Shown here: in pieces, positions 19,741 through 25,129 of the stretch | Layout: each line of letters starts with the position of its first letter | Numbering within the stretch: the stretch's first letter is position 1 | Assembly (NCBI RefSeq): GCF_041919755.1 | Contig: NZ_JAYRTD010000004.1 | Span: 185,916 to 225,915 of the forward strand | Source of the DNA: Brevundimonas sp. | Lineage (GTDB): Bacteria > Pseudomonadota > Alphaproteobacteria > Caulobacterales > Caulobacteraceae | Reading direction: 5' to 3' | DNA length: 40,000 nucleotides | Translations under genes and position numbers: made by a program | Notes under the pieces: generated by a model | The model's input: the letters and a program-made list of their open reading frames with translations, nothing else | The model's database searches: none | What the model was told of the DNA's origin: nothing

Positions 19741-19873
19741 CACGCGGTCGCGGCCGAATCCAGTGAGTCTCGGAAGCAACTGTGGCGATAGATCATCTGC
19801 CGGCCGTGCCGAGCGTTCGCTTCACCGTCGGGTTTGTCCAACGGCGGAGGGCGGAAGATTGGCGCTGCCAGGT

Positions 19874-20083
19874 TCAGGGTTTCTGCAGGAGATCCAGCGG
19901 GTCCACCCGCAGGGCGCTCGCTATGCGCTCAACAACCGCAAGCGTCGGGTTTCGCCGTCCGCGCTCGATCTCACCAACATAGCTGTACGACAGGCCCACA
20001 TCATGGGCGAGCGCCTCAAGCGTCACGTCCTGCTCAGCCCGAACGCGCCGAACATTCTTGCCGAAGACTTGAGCCAAACCCAT
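19874..20083 (-). CDS. XRE-family HTH regulator, 69 aa (copy 1; C-protein-like controller candidate)
   Basis: MGLAQVFGKNVRRVRAEQDVTLEALAHDVGLSYSYVGEIERGRRNPTLAVVERIA... is a classic Cro/C1-type HTH. Same strand as, and directly upstream of, the dpd operon. Confidence 0.85.
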   Translation of the reverse strand: MGLAQVFGKNVRRVRAEQDVTLEALAHDVGLSYSYVGEIERGRRNPTLAVVERIASALRVDPLDLLQKP

Positions 20084-20116
20084 GGCCCAAGCGCACTAGA
20101 AAGCTCATATCGAACC

Positions 20117-20132
20117 AGTCACTATAGTGACT
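20117..20132. promoter_or_regulatory. Perfect 16-bp palindrome AGTCACTATAGTGACT (operator candidate, copy 1)
   Basis: Exact inverted repeat 34 bp upstream of the xre ATG, in a stretch where I counted 24 G+C in 60 nt (20101-20160). Confidence 0.6.
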
Positions 20133-20279
20133 AATCGAGATGTCCCGATATGATTTTGGAGTGGTTGATTTGCATCGCGGGCACGTCAGTAGGAGAGCAA
20201 TTTGTCAGACAGTGCAGGGCGTTCGCTTCACCGTCGGGTTTGTCCCACGGCGGATGGCAGAAGATTGGCGCTGCCAGGT

Positions 20280-20489
20280 TCAGGGTTTCTGCAGGAGATC
20301 CAGCGGGTCCACCCGCAGGGCGCTCGCTATGCGCTCAACAACCGCAAGCGTCGGGTTTCGCCGTCCGCGCTCGATCTCACCAACATAGCTGTACGACAGG
20401 CCCACATCATGGGCGAGCGCCTCAAGCGTCACGTCCTGCTCAGCCCGAACGCGCCGAACATTCTTGCCGAAGACTTGAGCCAAACCCAT
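20280..20489 (-). CDS. XRE-family HTH regulator, 69 aa (copy 2, 100% identical to copy 1)
   Basis: Nucleotide-identical to 19874-20083 at offset 406. Confidence 0.85.
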   Translation of the reverse strand: MGLAQVFGKNVRRVRAEQDVTLEALAHDVGLSYSYVGEIERGRRNPTLAVVERIASALRVDPLDLLQKP

Positions 20490-20522
20490 GGCCCAAGCGC
20501 ACTAGAAAGCTCATATCGAACC

Positions 20523-20538
20523 AGTCACTATAGTGACT
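20523..20538. promoter_or_regulatory. Perfect 16-bp palindrome AGTCACTATAGTGACT (operator candidate, copy 2)
   Basis: Second copy, inside repeat unit 2. Lies in the divergent region between xre copy 2 and the ECF sigma gene. Confidence 0.6.
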
Positions 20539-20607
20539 AATCGAGATGTCCCGATATGATTTTGGAGTGGTTGATTTGCATCGCGGGCACGTCAGTAGGA
20601 GGGCAAC

Positions 20608-21105
20608 TTGTCAGACAGTGCAGGAAGCCTGAACGATCGGCAGAGCCCCACACTCGCCAAATTCTATGAGAAGTACGGCACTTGGCTTAAGGGCCAAGTT
20701 CGCCGGCGGTTTGGCGCCGATCGTAGCGAGGACATCCTTCAAGAGACTTGGCTAAGCATGGCCAAGCTTCATTCGATGGATGCCATCAGACACCCGAAGT
20801 CATTTCTTCTCAAAGTGGCGGTGAACTCTGCGACGACCGAGACCAGAAAGCAGGTCGCTCTGGAGCGGGCGGAATCTGCCTCGCCGTATCCCGGTGATCT
20901 GGTAGGTGCAGAACAACACGAAACGTTGCTCCTCCGCGAGACAATCCTTGGCTTGCCACAACCTCTCCGCGATGTCTTTGTGTTGTCTCGGCTCGGCGGG
21001 CTCACGAATGACCAGATCGCCGAGCATCTGGGTATCAGGCCGAAAACGGTTGAGTGGCGCATGACCAAGGCGTTGGCGCACTGCGCAGCCAAGCTCCGGC
21101 GATAA
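20608..21105 (+). CDS. ECF (FecI-type) sigma-70 family sigma factor
   Basis: 165 aa. Region 2 EDILQETWLSMAKL; region 4 HTH LTNDQIAEHLGIRPKTVEWRMTKAL. TTG start preceded by AGGAGG six nt upstream. Followed by FecR and a TonB-dependent transducer. Confidence 0.88.
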   Translation: MSDSAGSLNDRQSPTLAKFYEKYGTWLKGQVRRRFGADRSEDILQETWLSMAKLHSMDAIRHPKSFLLKVAVNSATTETRKQVALERAESASPYPGDLVGAEQHETLLLRETILGLPQPLRDVFVLSRLGGLTNDQIAEHLGIRPKTVEWRMTKALAHCAAKLRR

Positions 21106-21107
21106 CT

Positions 21108-22094
21108 ATGGGGCGCGACATGGCCAACCCGAACACCCGGGTTGCTGCGGCGGATACAGAGGCGGCCGAGTGGCACTCCCGACTCGGCGTCCGCAGCGTT
21201 TCGACCCAGACGCTGGAGGAGTTCTTCGCCTGGCGGTCGAAACCCGCCAATGCGGAGGCGTATCGGCGCGTCGAAAAGGTCTGGGCCGCTTCAGGACGAC
21301 TGTCCGGCGACCCCCAGATGCATGATGTCCTGACCGAAATCATGGATCGAAAGCCGGCCTCCGGGATGCGCGAGCGCATACGGGGCTCGCTCTACGGCGT
21401 CGTCAGCGTTCTGGCCGCCGCCGCACTCGCCCTTGGCGCTTGGGCCTGGATGGACAGCCGGTCTGTCTATTCGACCGGCGTTGGCGAACAGCGGCTCCTG
21501 CAGTTGACGGATGGATCGACGGTCCGGCTCGACACAGCGACACGGGTTCGGGTCCAGATGTCCGGCGAAGAGCGACGGATCATCCTGGAGGAAGGGCAGG
21601 CGCTGTTCACGGTCGCGCATGATCGCGCCCGTCCGTTCATTGTCAGCGCGGGGTCGACTGACGTCACCGCGGTCGGCACGGTTTTCGATGTCCGGCGGTC
21701 GGATGATGATGTGCGCGTGACCCTCGTGTCGGGAGCGGTCGATGTTGTGAGACGCGCAGGCGCGCCGCCCGCGCGAATGTCCCCGGGGCAGCAGGCCAGG
21801 GTGTCGGCCCAACGGGTGACCACCAGGGCCGTCGACGCCCGCACCGAAACGAGTTGGACCGTGGGACGCCTGGTGTTCGAGGACACGCCGCTCCGGACCG
21901 CGGTGGACGAGGTCAACCGCTACCTGGACGACCCGATCGTTCTTGAGGGCGGCGATCTTGGCGAGGTGCCGGTCAACGGTGTGTTCCGTACAGGAGATCG
22001 GGATGCTTTCGCCTCGGCGACGTCCGAAGGGCTGGACCTCGCCATGCGCGATCGTTCAGACGGCGCCCTGATCCTCTCAAGGCGGACAAAATAA
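21108..22094 (+). CDS. FecR-family anti-sigma / transmembrane sensor
   Basis: N-terminus AAEWHSRLG...LEEFFAWRSKPANAEAYRRVEKVW (FecR N-terminal pattern), a single TM segment (LYGVVSVLAAAALALGAWAW), and a periplasmic FecR domain. ATG lies 3 nt after the sigma stop (alternative ATG at 21120). Confidence 0.85.
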   Translation: MGRDMANPNTRVAAADTEAAEWHSRLGVRSVSTQTLEEFFAWRSKPANAEAYRRVEKVWAASGRLSGDPQMHDVLTEIMDRKPASGMRERIRGSLYGVVSVLAAAALALGAWAWMDSRSVYSTGVGEQRLLQLTDGSTVRLDTATRVRVQMSGEERRIILEEGQALFTVAHDRARPFIVSAGSTDVTAVGTVFDVRRSDDDVRVTLVSGAVDVVRRAGAPPARMSPGQQARVSAQRVTTRAVDARTETSWTVGRLVFEDTPLRTAVDEVNRYLDDPIVLEGGDLGEVPVNGVFRTGDRDAFASATSEGLDLAMRDRSDGALILSRRTK

Positions 22095-22176
22095 ATCAGT
22101 CGGGCTCCGGGGTTCGGGCGCCTGCCGCCCGTCTCTCCCACGTCGCCAGATGGCGTCGAGGGGAGGAGACAATATC

Positions 22177-25119
22177 ATGAACCGATTGAACCTGCTGACC
22201 GGAAGCGCCCTGGTCGCCTGCGTTCTGGCCGCCGGGCCCGTCAGCGCCCAGGAGGCTCGAGACTTCAACATCGCGGCGGGCTCGCTACGGGACGCCCTGA
22301 ACGCGTTCGCCGCCCAGTCCGATCAACAGATCTTCGTGCCGGGGGACCTGGTCGCGGGCCTTCGGTCCGAGGGGCTCCGCGGACGACACGCGCCGGCGGC
22401 CGCTCTCGATCTGCTGCTGCGGGGGTCCGGCCTGACCTGGAGCCAGAGCCGGCCGGGAGTTTTCGTTGTGCGTCGTTCGGGAGCGCAGGCCGCGCTGGAA
22501 GCGCCGACGACCGAACTCGGCGATGTGGTGGTTACTGGCACTCTGCTCCGATCGTCCGGAGAACTGGCGTCGCCGGTCGTCGCCTTGAGCCGGGATGAAC
22601 TCGACAGGCGCGGATTTGCGACGGTCGCCGAGGCGCTCACGGATCTGCCCCAGAACTACTCCGGATCGGGAACGCCGGCGGCGTTGCTGTCGCGTGCGGA
22701 CCCTGCCGGTTCCAACAGCGTGGCGGCGACCGGAATCAATCTGCGGGGGCTCGGGGCGGATGCGACCCTGGTCCTCATCAACGGCCGACGGATGGCGGGC
22801 ACCGGTTCGCGCGGGGAGTTCGCCGATGTGTCGGCGTTGCCATCCGCCGCGGTGGAGCGGGTCGATGTGCTGCTCGATGGCGCCTCGGCCCTATACGGCT
22901 CGGACGCCGTCGCGGGCGTCGTCAACGTCATCATGCGCCGATCGCTCGACGGCCAGGAGAGCCGAGTGCGCGTGGGCGCCGCGCGAGGCGGCGCCGAGGA
23001 TGTGACGGTGTCCCATATCGCCGGGACCACCTGGTCGGGCGGGAGCGGGTATCTGTCGTGGGAGTATCAGGACGCCAATCCGCTGGGCGCGGGGGATCGA
23101 GCATTCACACGCGATGGCGATCTGCGTCCGTTCGGAGGCTCGGACCGGCGTATGCTCTACAGCGTGCCGGGCAATATCGTCGCCGTCGATCCCGGCACTG
23201 GCGGATATGTCTCGGCCTGGGCCATTCGGCCAAACAGTTCGGGGACGGCGCAGAGCCCGTCGGACTTCGTCGCCGGCGCCACCAATCTCAGTGGCCAGAT
23301 CGCGGGGGTGGACCTTCTGCCCGAAGTGAACCGACACAGCGTCTACGGTCGCGTCCGCCAATCAATCGGCGACCGGCTCGACCTGTCAGCGGATCTGCGC
23401 TTCAGCCAGCGGGACTACGGCTTCGCCAATACGGGGTCTGTGACGATCTTTCAGGTCACCTCGGCCAACCCCCATTTCGTATCGCCCAATGGATCGACGC
23501 GGCATTTGATCGGCTACTCCTTCCTGGAGGATCTGGGAAACAGTCGGCAGGAAGGCGAGTCCCGGAGCCTCGGCTTCACAGCCGGCGCTGACTACGATCT
23601 CGGGAACGGCTGGACGTTGGACGGTTATCTCGCCTGGGCCGAGGAGCGGGGCGAAAAGCGAACGTTCGGCATCGTGAACTCGGCCTTCCTCAATGAGGCT
23701 CTCGGCAATACGCTGGAAAATCCCGCCACCGCCTATTCCGCGTCTCGTGACGGCTTCTTCAACCCGTTCGGCGCGGGCGACGCCAATGGCGCCGCGGTGC
23801 TCGACTTCATCAGTTCGGGCTACTCGGCCTCACTGGATCGCAGTCGGTCCCAGTCCGCCAACCTCCTGCTTCAGGGATCAGCCCTGTCTTTGCCCGGCGG
23901 CGATGTCGATGTGGCGGTCGGCCTGCAGATGCGTCGCGAGACGTTCGACACCCGACTGTCGACGCTGACCGGTTCGGTCGCGCCCTTGGACATCGTGTCC
24001 CCTTCGAGTGACCGGACGATTTCAGCGCTCTTCGCGGAAGTGCGCGTGCCACTGGTGGGAGAAGCCAACGCCCGTCCGGGGATCGAACGGCTCGAACTGT
24101 CGCTGGCGGGGCGCGTCGAGGACTACGAGGACTTCGGCAGAACCTCCAACCCGAAGGTGGGCGTGGTCTGGTCGCCTGTGTCGGGTCTTAACCTGCGGGC
24201 CTCGTGGGGCACGTCTTTCCGGGCGCCCTCCTTGCCGCAGCTGAACGATGCGGATCAGTCCGCGCCGACTTTCGTGACGCGAGGTGACGGCGCCTCGATC
24301 CTGTCGCTGTACCGCTACGGCGGCAATGCGGGGCTCCAGCCGGAAACGGCGGAAACCTGGACGCTCGGAGGCGACTACGAGGGAGGCGGCGGTCTTCGCC
24401 TGAGCGTCAACCTGTTCGACACGCGGTTCGACAACCGCATCTCCCAACCCGTCAACGAGCACCTCGACGCCGCTCTGACAGATCCGGCCCTGGCCCCGTT
24501 CGTCCGCATCATCGATCCGGCGAACAGCGCGGCGGACCTGGCGCTGATCCGCTCGTTCACCGACGATCCCGCCTACGCCTACGGATCGTTGTTCCCGCCA
24601 GTATCCTATGGCGCGATCCTGGATGCACGCTGGGTCAATGCGGCGGCGGTTCGCGTCCGGGGCCTCGACTTTCAGGCCTCGCGACCCTTCGCGTTCGGGG
24701 ATCACAGGGTCACGATCGAGTCCGGGGCGTCCTGGCTGCTCGACTACGAGACACGGCTGACACCCACGGCGGAGGGCCAGTCCGTCCTTGGCCGGATCGG
24801 TTACCCGGTCCGACTGCGGGCGCGAACGGGCGCGGTCTGGACGTGGGCTGATTTCAGCGCCGGGCTTCACTGGAGCCATGTGTCGGCCTACCGGGATGAC
24901 GCCGACCGCCGGATCGAGGCATGGAACACCGCCGACCTGCAGGTCGGATGGTCTCCGGCGTCTGGCGTTCTCGCGGGCTGGCGGATTCTCGGAACCGTCC
25001 AGAACCTCTTCGACCAGGACCCGCCTTTCTACGATTCCCCGACGGGCTTCGGCTACGATCCGGGCCAGGCGGACCTTCTGGGCCGTGTCGTGAGCCTGCA
25101 ACTGATCCGTCGCTGGTGA
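22177..25119 (+). CDS. TonB-dependent transducer (FecA-like receptor with N-terminal STN signalling domain)
   Basis: Signal peptide MNRLNLLTGSALVACVLAAGPVSAQE. STN-like FNIAAGSLRDALNAFAAQSDQQIFV. Plug INLRGLG...LVLINGRR. C-terminal aromatic residue (...LIRRW). GGAGGAG Shine-Dalgarno 7 nt before ATG 22177. Confidence 0.9.
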   Translation: MNRLNLLTGSALVACVLAAGPVSAQEARDFNIAAGSLRDALNAFAAQSDQQIFVPGDLVAGLRSEGLRGRHAPAAALDLLLRGSGLTWSQSRPGVFVVRRSGAQAALEAPTTELGDVVVTGTLLRSSGELASPVVALSRDELDRRGFATVAEALTDLPQNYSGSGTPAALLSRADPAGSNSVAATGINLRGLGADATLVLINGRRMAGTGSRGEFADVSALPSAAVERVDVLLDGASALYGSDAVAGVVNVIMRRSLDGQESRVRVGAARGGAEDVTVSHIAGTTWSGGSGYLSWEYQDANPLGAGDRAFTRDGDLRPFGGSDRRMLYSVPGNIVAVDPGTGGYVSAWAIRPNSSGTAQSPSDFVAGATNLSGQIAGVDLLPEVNRHSVYGRVRQSIGDRLDLSADLRFSQRDYGFANTGSVTIFQVTSANPHFVSPNGSTRHLIGYSFLEDLGNSRQEGESRSLGFTAGADYDLGNGWTLDGYLAWAEERGEKRTFGIVNSAFLNEALGNTLENPATAYSASRDGFFNPFGAGDANGAAVLDFISSGYSASLDRSRSQSANLLLQGSALSLPGGDVDVAVGLQMRRETFDTRLSTLTGSVAPLDIVSPSSDRTISALFAEVRVPLVGEANARPGIERLELSLAGRVEDYEDFGRTSNPKVGVVWSPVSGLNLRASWGTSFRAPSLPQLNDADQSAPTFVTRGDGASILSLYRYGGNAGLQPETAETWTLGGDYEGGGGLRLSVNLFDTRFDNRISQPVNEHLDAALTDPALAPFVRIIDPANSAADLALIRSFTDDPAYAYGSLFPPVSYGAILDARWVNAAAVRVRGLDFQASRPFAFGDHRVTIESGASWLLDYETRLTPTAEGQSVLGRIGYPVRLRARTGAVWTWADFSAGLHWSHVSAYRDDADRRIEAWNTADLQVGWSPASGVLAGWRILGTVQNLFDQDPPFYDSPTGFGYDPGQADLLGRVVSLQLIRRW

Positions 25120-25129
25120 GAGGCGGATC

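Larger units (their letters stand above)
19813..20624. repeat. Tandem direct duplication, 2 x 406 bp (19813-20218 and 20219-20624)
   Basis: Base-by-base comparison at offset 406. Identical except for 5 SNPs: 19840/20246, 19849/20255, 19853/20259, 20196/20602, 20201/20607. Each unit holds an xre gene, its upstream region and the first 17 nt of the ECF sigma gene. Confidence 0.95.

Noticed and set aside
20133-20200. Possible Fur or iron box upstream of the FecI-type sigma gene (GATATGATTTTGGAGTGGTTGATTTGCATC)
   Set aside because: It is AT-rich, with GAT and ATC elements, but I could not align a convincing 19-bp Fur-type palindrome. Alphaproteobacterial iron regulators use other motifs that I cannot verify by eye.
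20202-20540. 112-aa plus-strand ORF starting MSDSAG (and its sibling at 19763-20134)
   Set aside because: Only the first 6 codons derive from the duplicated 5' end of the sigma gene. The remainder is the reverse complement of xre copy 2. I treat it as a by-product of the duplication, not a gene, although the spare start region itself is reported as a finding.
22095-22176. Possible ECF-dependent promoter upstream of the receptor gene (GGTTC-N14-CGTCT)
   Set aside because: The resemblance to GGAAC/CGTC-type ECF promoters is loose and the spacing is short. It cannot be supported without TSS data or a family-specific model.
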